Below are positions 38,024 through 51,712 of a stretch of DNA of 60,000 nucleotides, one piece after another. The notes below the pieces were generated by a model. That model had not been told where the DNA came from, did not search any database, and was given only the letters and a program-made list of their open reading frames with translations. Origin of the DNA: Lytechinus pictus (lineage: Eukaryota); NCBI RefSeq assembly GCF_037042905.1, contig NC_087251.1:2668001-2728000 (forward strand). Direction: 5' to 3'. A program made the translations under genes and the position numbers. How positions within the stretch are numbered: position 1 is the stretch's first letter; each line of letters begins with the position of its first letter.

Positions 38024-38425
38024 AGGTGGTTTCAGACCGCCTCGAAGTTTGTCAGTTCCAGGTATTTTCTGATCGGGAAATTAACCCCGATCAGAAAATA
38101 CCAGGTAATATTGGCAATGTGAAAGCAAATTACATGTAATCTCCCCGAAAGAAAATACCCACTAAATAGTAGGTACTTGTCAAAATTACGAAAACTTTCG
38201 CGGGGATTTTTCCAAGGTCACAGGTATTTTGGCAATGTGAAAGCAATTTACATGTAGTTGGGCGCGGGCGCCGTGGGTGGCTGCTGAGCTAGTGATTTTG
38301 AATCTCGCGCATTGCCTGCTTTCGGGGCGGTGTGAATGCAGGAATAATTAATGGGTATTTTTTAGCCTTAAAAAGTTCTCGTAATTTAACGGGGATTCTT
38401 ATGATCAAGACGTTTGATACCATCT
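38024..38425. mobile_element. TIR MITE (family E), copy 2, opposite orientation
   Basis: Reverse complement of 35407-35853 over most of its length. Confidence 0.8.
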
Positions 38426-39213
38426 AATGATTATTGAAAAGGGGGAGTAACTTCTAATCATTTCCTAGGAGATTATGCTGCAGGCTTGTAAGCTAACCAA
38501 CAGTTCATTGATTTTACTGTTGTTCTCAGGGTTTTCAAATTCATTCACATAAATATTTCATCTTGACTTTAATTTTTGTTTCTTATGATCACATGATTAA
38601 ATTTCCTCTCCATCTTTAAGACTCCTTTTTGCCATCAATTAAACTACTTGGATGTTCAACGCTGTTAAAAGGAAATATGAATCAGGTTTGACCTGGGTAA
38701 AATGAATGAAAGAAGGTTGAGATGGTGCCCCTGGGTTTTAGTACTGATACCATCATTGAGTGATCCAACCTAATCATACTATGCTGACAGCTAACTTTTA
38801 TACAACCAACCTACCAAACAAAAATTATAACTCCATGGTCTCAATTACAGTTGAAGTGTTTTATGAAAGAATATTTCTCATTGAATGCATTGATGTGATG
38901 TGACATAGGCATCAGGTTTGGATTCTGAGTATAGGAATGAGTTGCTTTCACACAAGACCCTATATATGATGTGATTGTTTAAATTAAATGCCACTGAAAG
39001 TCACTGAAAAGAAGACTAATCACAAAACCCAGGATAACCCAATCTGTTAGTCTAGATCTGGATATTCATAGTTATTTTGTTTGGAAAACCCTCATTGCAA
39101 AAATGATGTACACAGCAATATGCCTAATCTTTTGACCTCTTACTCCTTTAATGTCCAGTCTCATGTTATTTTAATACAAATATTTTTTTTATAACAATGG
39201 TTTCAGAATAGTG

Positions 39214-40062
39214 TAAGACACCGTTCTCAATACCGTCCTAACACTAGTTTACTGGAAACTAGTTTAACATGTAATGAGAACGGTCAAAGTGGTCTTATAC
39301 CCCTTTCATAAACCCAATAAAACCTATCCTCCAATTAGCCGCCTAAGAGTAATGCGGATAATTCAATAAAAATTGCGTTCACAAACTCCAAAAATTATCC
39401 GCATTATTTTTACGAGCGCCCGTCCTGAAAAAGGCGGATAATCGTCATGACAACTGGACACGCCCCCTCTGATGCGGTTGTGTTGGAAAAGGGTGACCTT
39501 GTGACCGCACCATGGCAATTAACCGCATTATTTGGAAATACGTTCATAAACTCAAAATCTTGTCCCGATGCTGCTATTATGCGGATAATAGCAGCATCAG
39601 AATAATGCGGATAACTCTTGTCCTCCTCTGATTTTACGACCAAATTATGCTGCTATTAGCCGCATAATTGGGTTTTATTGGGTTTATGAAAGGGGTATTA
39701 GAAGCGATCTTCCAAACCGGTTCAGAAAAACACCTCAGGATGTAGTTTTTAAGATCGCTTTGCTTCGTTAAACTGGTTTTAGCGTAAGTGAGGACACAAA
39801 CGTTCTTCGGGAAGTGATCTTCGCACATTTCAAGCGCGCTACTCCACACACTGTATGTGGAATGCCTACGCTGCGGTTTCAAATTTGCGTGAAACATGTC
39901 ACCCCACTGAGAGTGTTCCCATAGCAACAAGACCGCTTAACGTCAAGTGGTTTAGAATACCACTTTCGAGTGATCAAATGGGAACACCAGCAAAGGGATC
40001 TTCCAAACTGGTTTCCTGAACCGGTTTCCAGCAAACCAGTTGTAGAAAGTAATGGTGTCTTA
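39214..40062. mobile_element. Outer TIR element hosting a nested MITE
   Basis: TAAGACACC...GGTGTCTTA ends with AAAC(C/T)(A/G)GTTT subterminal repeats, interrupted at 39298-39697. Confidence 0.65.
39298..39697. mobile_element. PIF/Harbinger-like MITE (family F), nested
   Basis: TIR TACCCCTTTCATAAACCCAATAAAACC, TTA TSD, AATGCGGATAA subterminal repeats. Inverted sibling at 48806. Confidence 0.85.
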
Positions 40063-40797
40063 TTTGGATTTTCAGTATTTTGATTTGTTTACTTTAAGAA
40101 ATCATTGGGAATAGTCAGGTTCTCATATATTTGTGGTTATTTTGTTTATCATGTGGGTCTGAAAGTATATTTCGATTGAAAATTCTTGATATCTTGCTTT
40201 CGACCAGTATTTAATTGGAAGTATTTATGAAGTAACTTATTTCATTTTCAGGGCTACATTTCACAACCTATATTGCATAAATCTGCAGCATTTGTTCAGA
40301 TTCAACATAGCAGTATAAGTGGGGATGTTCCAGGGGCTCTTTTTTATTTTCCAGAGCTCTTTTGTTAATTTTGGGGGTAATTTGTTTCCATTACACAGCT
40401 CATACAAAATCTTACCAACTTGTCTGTAGGGCTGTTATCAATAACCTCTTTATCGCTAGTCTTGTCGATAATCGCTTGTTTTTTGCCATTTAGCGATATC
40501 GATAACCTTTCTCTCGTTGTCGATAATACTCGCTATTATGTCGGGACATGACAGTGATTTTTCATGATTTCACAGAATTCACCGAAACTGCCTTTTGAAA
40601 GTGGCTTTCAAACAGAAAATCACGGAAAGCGTATTTTTCCTCAAAATGCACAGAACAGCAACAAAAATTACTCCAAAATCTCAACAAAATACGAATATTT
40701 ACTAGCCACAAAAAACGATCTCACTTCACTAAAATCATGACAATCCGAACAATGAATGGTCCCAAAACAGACCTTTATTTCTGTCTGCAAATTTGCT

Positions 40798-41190
40798 ACC
40801 CCGGGAGGGGGGGGGGGGGCAGTCAAATGTATTGCTGTACACACGCGTGGCCAAATTATTTCCAAACACCCCCTAAAATAGTTTTTCTCTGTGTGCAAAA
40901 TTACCCCCTAAACAAGTTTTACGCAGGCTTTATTTTCATATTTTGGCCCCTAAACAAGTTGTCGCCAGAATATGACCCCGGGGAAAAAAAACATACCCTA
41001 AGTACGTTCGACCCTGCGATTGACCATTGACCAGTCTTTCAACACTACCCCTTTTTTTTTAAATCGGTGTTTTGATACCCTTAACAAGTGCATGTGCGGC
41101 CCGCGTCCAAAACTGGAAAAACACCCCTTTAAACACATCTCTTTGGTCATGCGTGTGTATAGCAATATATTTGACTGCCCCCCCCCCCTC
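40798..41190. mobile_element. MITE with poly-G/poly-C termini and 8-bp TSD
   Basis: CCCGGG..G(n)CAGTCAAAT / ATTTGACTGC(n) ends. AATTTGCT at 40790-40797 and 41191-41198. Confidence 0.75.
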
Positions 41191-41537
41191 AATTTGCTCT
41201 GTGTGAAAACCCTCTTTTCATCCATCAGAATTAAGGGAAAAGATGAATTTGACAGATTAACAACCAAAGGTATTATAACTATGATTATTGTTACAAAATA
41301 CACCATGAATAAGTACCATTCAAATGATGCAGGTCAAATTGAAGTTATCAGGTCCTGATTCAGACAAACCCTCCTCGATCATAGATGAAAAAACCCAGAA
41401 AATGGTGTAAAAAAACAGAGCTACTATTATATTAGTATACCATGGTGTTCCTGATTTTCAACACTCAGTATTTATGCAGACTACTTCAAACATTAATCAT
41501 TGGATGTTGTACTGTAGACAGGGAAAAGGGGGTGTTG

Positions 41538-42055
41538 CCCGGGGGGGGGGGGCACTCAGTATATAATGCATAGTGGGTATGTGCCGCGGAGGGGACCCCC
41601 ATTTTTACACTCAAATTTCCGTTCCAAGGCATAGCATTTCTGTCTTTTTGAGAAAAAGAACAAAGAAAGCCGCTCCAAGGCATAGCATTTCCTTCTTATC
41701 GAGAAAAAGGAAGAAAGAAATCCGCTCCAAAGCTTCGCATATTTTTCGTTACGCCGTTCCGGTCGCATTGATAAGCGGCCGTAGAGCGCTTTTCGACCAT
41801 CGCCTAAGCGCGAGCGCACCCGGCAGAGGCCGCGCTAGCTGCGTCATGGACGATTGCCCGTTCCATAGGGATGCATACGCACTCACAGAGATACGGAGAT
41901 CCGTTCCGAGGACCCCCGTTTTCACAAACATTTGTAGTTCCGAAGCCCGTTCCGAGGACCCTCCTTTTTACAATAAGCCCGCTCCAAGGCCCCCGTTTTT
42001 TGCCTCGCCCGCGGCACACCCCTCCCACTTTTTTGGTCGAGTGCCCCCCCCCGGG
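41538..42055. mobile_element. GC-rich MITE with poly-G/poly-C termini and 8-bp TSD
   Basis: CCCG(n)CACTC / GAGTGC(n)GGG TIR. GGGTGTTG at 41530-41537 and 42056-42063. Internal CCG(T/C)TCC(A/G)AGG repeats. Confidence 0.82.
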
Positions 42056-44715
42056 GGGTGTTGTGGATATCCATTCTATTTATGAGTTCATTTAGGAATT
42101 ATATAACTTCGGAGTAAAAATTTAAACTGATGGTAGGATGCAGTCGATTAAACAAAACAAAAGCCCCAGGAATTCCACTCCTGTATGACATCTGAATTAA
42201 TTTTTGTTTAATTCCATAATTTATTTTCACTTTAAAACACGATAAAGAGCGTGATTAAACAAATGATATTTCTGGATGGTCTTAACCCTAATAAGACAGG
42301 GGAATCAATGAAAAATGTTGATGGGGGTGGCTCAATCAGCCACCCCCATCATAAATCTGCAATGCGAAAAGTTCATAAGCATTATTCCACGACTTTTTTC
42401 TCTGAAGTCATATGTAATTTTTGAGACCAAATTTGCGACGCTAGGTGTGCGGTTCTAAAATCACTCATTCATAAGTGCTTGTCAAACTCAACATTGCTCA
42501 GAAATCATGAATTTGTTTACAAATCCGATACAAATTTCATTTTTAGCCTAAATTCATAAAAATATAATTAAGTACACCTAGTTTATGGTCAAAATAAATT
42601 CGCCAATGATTTTTGGCAAAAAAAACAAAGAGATACCTACAAAATTTAAAAACTATGTATAAGAAAAAAAATGTGGTATTGAAAACTAAATGTGAATTAT
42701 AATAGAGTATCATCCTTACATACCAATCTTAGAAAAAAGTAGAGGCCATTAGATCTTCTTCCAAGTATAGTAATAGATTAAGTTTCAAAGAGATGAGTGG
42801 TCTCAGACTTCCTTATAACCTTTAATACCATTCCAAACACTGTAAAACCTTGACCCATAGAGGACAGAGCTTTTAAGATTTACATTAACACTAAAAGATT
42901 TGTATGAACTTTGTGTTCATACTGGGACTGATTCATTCACACAACACCAAAAAAGAGTTCAAACATTTGCACAACAAATGCCCATGTTAAACTGCTATGG
43001 TATGCTAAGGGGGGGGGGGTGGAATTAGTGTTCATGTTCGAGTTCTCAATGGATCTTGTATGTGATCACAAAAAAACTGAGTCAAAGTTTTGAAGTAACT
43101 TTTTGCCCTGTCAAATCTTAACTTTTTATGGCTAAATCTGGAAACAATATTATTTCAATATATGATAGACCTCTCATAATATGTAATTAATTTCCTTAAC
43201 TGGTTTAAATTTTACTTTCAAATTTGGGCAACAACTCCCAACCCCCCCCCTATTTATTAAAAAAATCAATTTCTTTACAATGAGGGGATGGAGAGGAGGA
43301 GATGATGGCTGTTCAAATAACCTAGCCTTATGAGGACTCACCTGAATATGAAGAGAATAGTGAAGTATTTAATCCCTACAGACTTTTCATATATGGGATT
43401 GAATTTTAATTTCAACTTTAGTGACAAACCTTATCAACCCCCCCCCCTCCCCCCCAAAAAAAAATAATAAAAATTTTAAATAATAAATAGATAAAATAAG
43501 AAATAATTTTTCTCCATTTCTATCCAAGAAGGGTAGGGTACTGATATGACTACACTAGCTGCTGTAATAACCTTGACTGATGAGGAATCACCTCAAAACC
43601 CCAAAAGAACAGTAAGACTATAACATCTTCTATCATCACTGGTATTATTATTCCTGGAACCAAGGGAGAAATCATTTAATCTGGATACAAGGCTATCTAA
43701 CTTGGTGGAAAGTAAGGAATGGAGAGAGAAGGGGACAAGAATAGCTGAGTCTCTAGGCTCAACAAAGTCAGGTTCACATTGCTAGAACTTGTCTTTATGA
43801 TCAAACCTAGTAGGCCTACAGCTTCTCTCTTTGCCTTTATGAGTCTGATGCTATTACACAAAACTTGTAACTTACGCCCAGATTACAGGCTATGGATAGA
43901 CTTGAGAATGTAGAAAAGTAATTGGGGAGTTGTACAAGTGCGACTTTACACATGCTGGTAATTGCCAATTGGAGGATATCCACATTAGTGATCTCAACAT
44001 CCAAATGCTCATAACTTTTTTTATTATTTGTTCAATTATTCTCAAAACTTCATTAAAAAAAAATATGTTTTCACACAAGACAACTTAACAGAATAATTTT
44101 ACTTCTCAAATTTGATGAGCATTTTTGGCTGTAAGAGAAAAGCTTTCAACTTTGTTCTTTATAGTCCTATGTAATAACATTTCTGCACAAAGGAAATTTT
44201 GTGAAGCCGTCATTAAAAAATATATAGGCCTATGGAGCAAATTGCAACCCATTTACCAGGAATATTATTCCTTGAACTTTTTTCATTCTTCTTTTCTTTA
44301 ATAAAATTTGTGAATTAAAAGAACACAATTTATAAAGAAATTCATTTCTTTACTAATTAGGCCTAATACAAATTTAACTCCCACTTGCTTTTTATTCTAA
44401 GTTCATGCGACAATAATGCACCTATCCAATAAAAGAGAATCATAATCATCAATAGATATCTTTTGGCAAGTAGGAAGGAAGGAAAAGAATATAAATTGTA
44501 AAGGTTGAAGATGAAGATGATAATGTCTGCAGGTGCATTGAGATTGACATCATCCTTACCCATCAAGATATAACATCGTGATAGTATGAAGAAATTGACC
44601 ATTCATGTTTCCTTCTCAGTCATTATCAAGTCAGCTTCATAACCTGACTAAGCGTGTGTTTATCATCTACTTCTTGGGGAAGAATTCAGGTTTCAAAACA
44701 TGTTTCAGGGTATTT

Positions 44716-44986
44716 ATAATAATAATAATATAGGGTATTTATATTGCGCACATATCCACCTTGTTAGGTGCTCAAGGCGCTCATTACCCGGCTAAGCTAG
44801 GCGTTCATAGCGCACACAGCTTTTTAAGGAATTACTTCCTACCGGTACCCATTTACCTCACCTGGGTTGAGTGCAGCACGCTGTGGATCAGTTTCTTGCT
44901 GAAGGAAATGACGCCATGGCTGGGATTCGAACCCACGACCCTCTGTTTCAAAGTCCGAAGACTAATCCACTGGGCCACAACGCTCC
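44716..44986 (-). mobile_element. tRNA-derived SINE (SINE2), near full length
   Basis: Minus-strand head with A box TGGCCCAGTGG and B box GGTTCGAATCC. Central ACCCAGGTGAGGTAAATGGGTACC core and (TTA)n tail. Degenerate relatives near 29070-29220, 34250-34390, 55135-55240 and 59935-60000. Confidence 0.85.
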
Positions 44987-45088
44987 ACTTATGCAGATGA
45001 TAAACACAAAGCTGTTTTAATCATGAAATCAAAATCACACAAACCCTTTTCTGAGATTAGAAAGAACCTATGGAACATAATTAGATAC

Positions 45089-45670
45089 TTAAAGGACAAG
45101 TCCACCCCAACAAAATGTTTATTTGAATAAAAAGAGAAAAATCAAACGAGCATAACACTGAAAATTTCATCAAAATCGGATGAAAAATAAGTTATGACAT
45201 TTTAAAGTTTCGCCTAATTTCACATAATAGTTATATGCACATCCAGGTCAGTATGCAAATGAGGGAACTGATGACATCACCCACGCACTTTTCCTTTTGT
45301 ATTTTATTATTTGAAATATTCTAATTTTCTCCTTAATGTCCTGTGAAACAAAGTTTTATTTCTCACTGAACATGTGGAGTTACCATTGCTTAACATTATA
45401 TGGTTCAGTCAAGTTGGGCCTTATTGTCAAATCTGTAAAAATTGAAATATTGTATAATTCAAACAATAAAAAAGAAAAGAAATAGTGAGTGAGGGGCATC
45501 ATCGATTCTCTCATATGCATGTGACTAAATTGTGAAAAATAAGCGAAATTTCAAAATGTCATAATTTTCTTATTTTACATCCGATTTTGATGAAATTTTC
45601 AACATTATGCTTGTCTGATTTTTCTCTGTTGATTCAAAACAACTTTTTCTGAGGTGGACTTGACCTTTAA
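45089..45670. mobile_element. Kolobok-like MITE family A
   Basis: Same TIR and body as the 12996 and 21179 copies, TTAA flanks. Confidence 0.85.
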
Positions 45671-46842
45671 ATAGCAGAACCTGAGTTGTATTCAACACAG
45701 TGCATCAATATGAATGAACTTAAATTTAGGTTGCAAGGGCTTATTAATCTACAATCTTTTTTAATAAGTTTTCTAAACTGTGAATATGATACATGGATCT
45801 TCCTGGAAGAAGAGGAGAAAGTTTACACTTAAAAATGTCAGAGCAATTTGAAGAGAAGGAAAGGATGGTTAGTGATGCAGTAATCCTACTGATTTCCTTC
45901 GCCCACAAGCATTCATCAAAATCAATATCCTCAATGTGGTTGTTACAGGCACTCCACTTTTGGAGCACTTGACACCATGCTTTCTGATTGAAAGTATGGT
46001 TTATTTCTATAATTGATTGTACAGTCAATGCAATCATTCATGAAACAAATACTAGTCTACAATAATTGCTATCAAACCTTTGTGTTTCAGGGCCAGAGGA
46101 TGATTTCATCAAGCAACTTGTCACACAAAAAGTCACATTCCCATTCATAAATTTCCTTTCAACCAATCACACATGACGACCCTGTCATATCATTTTGTGC
46201 AAGCCATGTGTGCCACTTGTGGGTGACTATTTTTGCTACACGCAGGTTGCCCACAAGTCGCCCACATTGACAGAACCTTGCATGTACATGTATCTCACAA
46301 GCAGTCGCCCACATAAGTGCACTCAAGGCTGATTTGCACACAGAAAAATATTTGAGCGGGTGATTGCCCGCAACTCACCTGCAAGGCTTGCATGGAACGA
46401 TGTGACAGGGCCTTCAGTATCTTATAGCAGTTCTTAGTGAAAATCACTCAGGCCCGTATTCTGAAATATGGTTATACTTATGCCATGGTCTAACTCTGTG
46501 TCAAATTATGGAAAGCCAAATATTTCATAATTGTATTGACATTATTACATTTCCCATGTCTTTACTAGGTTCTTTCATCATGTTTTTAATGAAGAAAACT
46601 ATTTCAGTAATTATTCCCGGTCAGTTATGAATGATTTGAGTGTCGAATGAGTTGACAAATTGAACTTGTACTGTTAAAAATACCTGTCACAATTGGCTAT
46701 CCATAGTTAAACCACAACTTTATACCAGAGTTTAAATTAAACCGAGTTTAGAGTACGGACATGAGAGTTTACGAAACTACTGAACAGTGTTGTATGCCTC
46801 GAAGCCAGAAATTATGGCCTCATCCTCGGAGCCGAATGTCTA

Positions 46843-47616
46843 GGGGTGCATTTATGCGCCACTTTTTTACCCAAGAATCATGATTCTGCAATATCACGAT
46901 TGCATTTAGTAAAAAACCAAAGCGAAAATAAACGTCTTTCAAATCACAAACATGAAACACAGAAAAGGGGGTGTTTGGAAAAACGTTTCTGTAGAATCAA
47001 GAACAAAAAAGGTTGTATAACGCAATGGTGATTTTAATCATGAATCTATGAATTCACTGTGTCAGGCTACCTTCGGTTTGACTCTTGCCAAGCTGAAGGC
47101 ATGCACTATTATATGTGCTATCCATGCATTTCTTGTCACATGCATTTAACTTCAAGTTCTGTGTTGGTCATCGCATCGTCCTTTGCTTTTCTTTTTTTAT
47201 TGGTCATGGCTTCAACTTCAAGTTCTAGTAAATGAAGTAACTGGACAATGATCTCAGTTGTTGCTGAGTTAACACTAAAACAGTGTCAATATCAAATTGG
47301 ATCTACACTGAAATTCACTTCCGAACACCATTTTCTATAAACCGACAAGATGAATAGAAGTAAACAATATGTGGTATAACAGACTGAATTCTGGAAGCAA
47401 AAAATTGTTTTTTTCGAGAGCCGAAACACGCACAAAAAATTTGACCTATACTTAAGCTGCGTACTGTGATGCGCACTGGATAACGCCAAATCCGAGTAGA
47501 AACAGTGTTAGAATGAAGGTTGTCTAAACCCTGATTCTGTGGTATTGTGATTCATGTTGTGTTTTGAATCATGATTCAAATTATGATTCTGGCTTGATGT
47601 CTCCTAAATGGAGCCC
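46843..47616. mobile_element. Degenerate TIR element with GAATCATGATTC subterminal palindromes
   Basis: GGGGTGCATTTA...TAAATGGAGCCC ends and repeated AGAATCA/TGATTCT motifs. Confidence 0.5.
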
Positions 47617-48170
47617 AAGTGTATCAGCTCAAGGCCTGAGCGAGGCAGGGACAGACACAGACATTTTCAGTGCTGAATACTAGTAAATGTGTTTTATTTG
47701 AGTGATTTTATATTCCCTATGTAGTTATCATGACGAAAAACCTCCATTTGAGAACACTATACCCCAGTTTTTCTCAATGAATTCTCTTCTCCAAGTACGA
47801 CAAACCCTACTGCCCCAGGCATGCAATGTAAGTATCAAAACACCTGTTTCTTGACCTCGGTCCGAAGATAACACAACAGCCCGAGCGCGGTCCGGGAAAA
47901 CATGCCGCCATTTTTTATTCACTTACTTTCCTTATTTCGAGGTTGATTTTCTTCGTTCGAAATTGAAAATGGACTAACATTGAATTTCTGAATACAATAT
48001 GCCTTTGAAAACGTGATTAAATATCGAATACAATAATTTCATTCCGAAGGTCCTTCTACAGGCAGAGAAGTCTTACGTAATAGCACAGCTGTTGTTTATC
48101 ATTTCGTCCTTGGCTCAACGCTCATAATCTGGCCTGTGGGGATTACCTGGCCAAGCGGGGTTGATCAGGC

Positions 48171-48307
48171 GGGTGTTTCATAAAGCTGTTCGTAAGTTAA
48201 GAGCGACTGGTGATCCTGTCTTGCGGTAAATGGTACAAACCATTAGCGACGATCACCAGTCGTTGTTAAAGTCGCTCTTAACTTACGAACAGCATTATGA
48301 AACACCC
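48171..48307. mobile_element. Small hairpin MITE
   Basis: GGGTGTTTCATAAAGCTGTTCGTAAGTTAAGAGCGACT inverted to AGTCGCTCTTAACTTACGAACAGCATTATGAAACACCC. Confidence 0.8.
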
Positions 48308-48805
48308 ACAGGGCTTGGAAATGATTTTTTAGATTTCAAATACAAATTGGGGTCTAATACCGCAGTTTGCAATCTGAACTGCGGTCTTTCTGCAAATGTG
48401 GGTTTGACGTAATGATTACCCCTATGTCTTTCAGCTGCATTAGTGTCTCTTTACTCTCTTCAATATGTACTACAATGTTACATTGATTTGAGTTTTTTAA
48501 ACATCAAAATGCGATCTTAGGTAAATCAAAACTGATCTAGTTCTCCCAATATCTCTCCACCTTGCTCACCATCGTACCGCCCGCAGAATAGGAGATGGCA
48601 GTACCAGAGCCCTAGCCCAACCTGTAACCCAGAATCTAGCACACGTACATTGAAATGCCGATACATGCAATGAATAGTTGTATGCCTCGAAGCTAGCCTC
48701 ATCTTCAAGGCTGGTCTTGAGGCTGGAAAATGCGTCCCCGGCCTCAAAGCCTGAGCCATGTCTCAGTCTCGGCTGAGCCGGCCATGGATACAACACTGCC
48801 ACTTA

Positions 48806-49189
48806 TAGCCTTTCACAAACCCAATTATGCGGATAATATCCGCATAATTTGGTTGTAAAATTGGAGCGGGACCGGAGTTATCCGCATTATTTCGATGCTG
48901 CAATTATCCGCATAATAGCAGCATCGGGACCAGATTTTGGCTTTGTGAACGCATTTCCAAAGTAATGCGGATAATTGCCATGGTGCGGTCACAAAAGGTC
49001 ACCCTTTTCCAACACAACCCCATCGGAGGGGGCGTGTGCAGTTGCCATGACAATTATCCACCTTTTTCAGGTCGGGCGCTCGTAAAAAAATAGTGCGGAT
49101 TATTTTCGGAGTTTGTGAATGCAATTTTTATTGAATTATCCGCATTACTCTTAGGCGAATAATTGGAGGATGGGTTTGTGAAAGGGGTA
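48806..49189. mobile_element. PIF/Harbinger-like MITE (family F)
   Basis: TTA TSD on both flanks. Reverse complement of the 39298 copy. Confidence 0.85.
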
Positions 49190-51069
49190 TTAGATGGCTA
49201 TGTACTTTCTCTCTTTCTCCTCCTTTCTCTATATCTCTCTTTTTCTTTTCCTTTCTCATTTTTTCTTTCAGTCTCTCATCTTCCTATCCTTCTATGATTA
49301 TCTTCCTCTCTCTCGCCTCTCATCAAAATGACTTTCTTAGAAATGATCTTCCACCCAATTTAACCTTTCCAAACCCCGTGAAAATGATAAATATCATCCT
49401 CCTCCTACGCCAAACCACATGCAGAGTATTAAGATCTCTAGCCCACGCATTATGACTGAAATGTCTCAATTCATTGCTCAACCAACATCAATTTAAATGT
49501 GGCAGCCAGAAAATCAATAATTGTAGGATTACTTATCCTGTCTGGTTAACGAGCAACATTTCCTCTTCTAAACTATCTATGAATTATAATCTTAAACAAA
49601 CTTTCTCCAGAAGGCTAATTAAACATCATTACATCATCGTCTCAATGATTTCTTTCTTTCTTGATCTAGAGGTTATGGAATGTGGGTCAAAGCTGCTGCA
49701 CCTCTTAAGGGGTGAATCAGGTTCTCAAATATGAAATGGAATAAAACAGTTTTTTCCTTTCTTCTGCAAATAACTCTCAGGATATAACTTCCCTTAAACT
49801 TCTCACATATCATATATTGAAAATACAAGTGGAACACTTTTCCTAAGCTTGTGCTACATACTTAGTATCTTAATATTTTAGTGAGAATAAAAACCTAATA
49901 AAGAGATAGTATTATTAGTACAGGACTTTTAAAAGTCCCATATGAAGAAAGAAATAGGCACATAAGGTCACTGCCACAAAGAAGGGGGCAGTGTTCTCCA
50001 AATTACAATGACCAAGAAAAACATGAAGGGGAAAGAAAATAAAATTGATTATGTAATAATCTGTACAACAAAATAGATTTTTCATTTTAAAATGGCAAAT
50101 TTGTTTGCTGACTCATTTTGCTTACTTGCAACTTTACCCAATATACATATTGTGCCCTGCCCCCCTAGAATATTGAGCCTCATTATGCCACCATGTATAA
50201 GGCCATCATATATTTTTAGCAATAGCATCATAAAAATATCATGAATAAATTGAATCCTCAGAAGCAACAATATAGGCAGGCATCATCTTTAATGCAAATA
50301 CACATAGTTGATAATAAATATCTTGAGTACTTAAATATGATAGGGGTCTGATGTCTGAGGGTGAGTGAGCAATTAGTGTGAAAATGAGCACTTGCTATTC
50401 TATCTAACCCCTATTCACACTGTAAAAGACATATAAGGACCCTGTTCACAATGATGAGTGACATCGGATAACGTAAGTGCGATGCTGGTACCTGTAACAT
50501 TCTCTCCCTCTACCAAAATGTATTTCAAATATTTCATCATTATAATGACATATTTCATATTTATTTCATTATCACATTGTATATTTCATATTTTTCATTA
50601 TGTTTTATTAAGGGTTGAAGAGAAGTTGAGTAAAGTTCAATGATTTGGAGGTCAGTTCAATGATTTGGAGGTCAGTTAACATAAGAGGCTTTGAAGCATA
50701 TCACACATTAGAGTATAACCCTTTCATTGATTCCACCTCAAATAATCCAGGTCAGAAAAGTGCAGATCCGAACATAAAAATTGCATGATTTCTGCAATAG
50801 TCTTCATTATTTCTTTACGAGTGCAGTAAGGAAGTAGTGTGGACTAACGTCATAGTAACTTGTGATGATAAAGCACACAATGCAGTGTCATAGTAGTCTG
50901 CTGGGCAAACCCTTCACTCGAGTTAAGGGTCTGAATGTGCAGCCTACTCATGCCTTGTGTACTGAAGGCTCTCTCAGCAAGTTTTGTATGTGCTAGTCTT
51001 TGCGTGGAGGCACACTTGTTGATCAAAGTTCCAATCAGGGTCTGTGTGCAGACTAGTGTCACAGTGTGC

Positions 51070-51672
51070 TTAAAGGGGAACCCAGCCTTGGCAATAAAAT
51101 GTTGTGTTGGGAAGGAGAAAAATAAATTAAACAAATTGGTGAAAGTTTGAAAGAAATCGGACAAGCAATAAGAAAGTTATAGCTGCTTAAAAATTGAGAT
51201 CACTAGTACTATGTAGATTTCAAATTGGCAACTGGGTAAGTAAATTATGACAAGGGGCAAGGACAACTTTCCCATAGGCCATGTACTTTATTATCAGGGA
51301 TTTGTGGTTTTCTCCTAAGTACCCATTCCCCTGGGGCAGTAATCTAAATATAACCCAGGTAGTATATTGTTATAAGTCCTCATGAAAGAAAAATATAATT
51401 TGAAATAAAACTTTTTGGAAAAATGATATTTTAGCCATAATATGTATTGGAGTACATGGAAGAGTAGTCCTTGCCTTACATCACTATGACATCCCATATG
51501 CGGCCAATTTGAAGTCTCCATGGGTATAGTGATTACCAATATTTAGAACTTTTAAAAATTCATAACTTTCTTGTTGTTTGTCCAATATTGTTCAAACTTT
51601 CACCTATCAACTTGTCTGATGTTTCTTTTCCTTATGAAAATAAGATTTTATTTGGGTTGGATTCCCCTTTAA
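51070..51672. mobile_element. Kolobok-like MITE family D
   Basis: TTAA|AGGGGAACCCAGCC...GGTTGGATTCCCCT|TTAA. Related to the 56094 copy. Confidence 0.85.
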
Positions 51673-51712
51673 GGCATGTTACCTATGACCACAGAGTCTG
51701 CACTATATTAGA

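Noticed and set aside
41486..42095. Cluster of ORFs up to 170 aa
   Set aside because: They fall within a GC-rich MITE, have no transposase or other motifs, and are open simply because of high GC.
42282..42700. TTAA|CCC start suggesting a piggyBac-like MITE
   Set aside because: No matching right terminus found, so boundaries cannot be supported.
44915..44986. Possible tRNA gene
   Set aside because: The tRNA-like head is fused to a SINE core and (TTA)n tail, with degenerate relatives elsewhere in the window.
45744..46037. Coding-looking minus-strand fragments (also near 33.0-34.0 kb and 54.6-55.0 kb)
   Set aside because: Interrupted by stops and lack clear splice signals. Possibly decayed LINE remnants, but too degraded to call.
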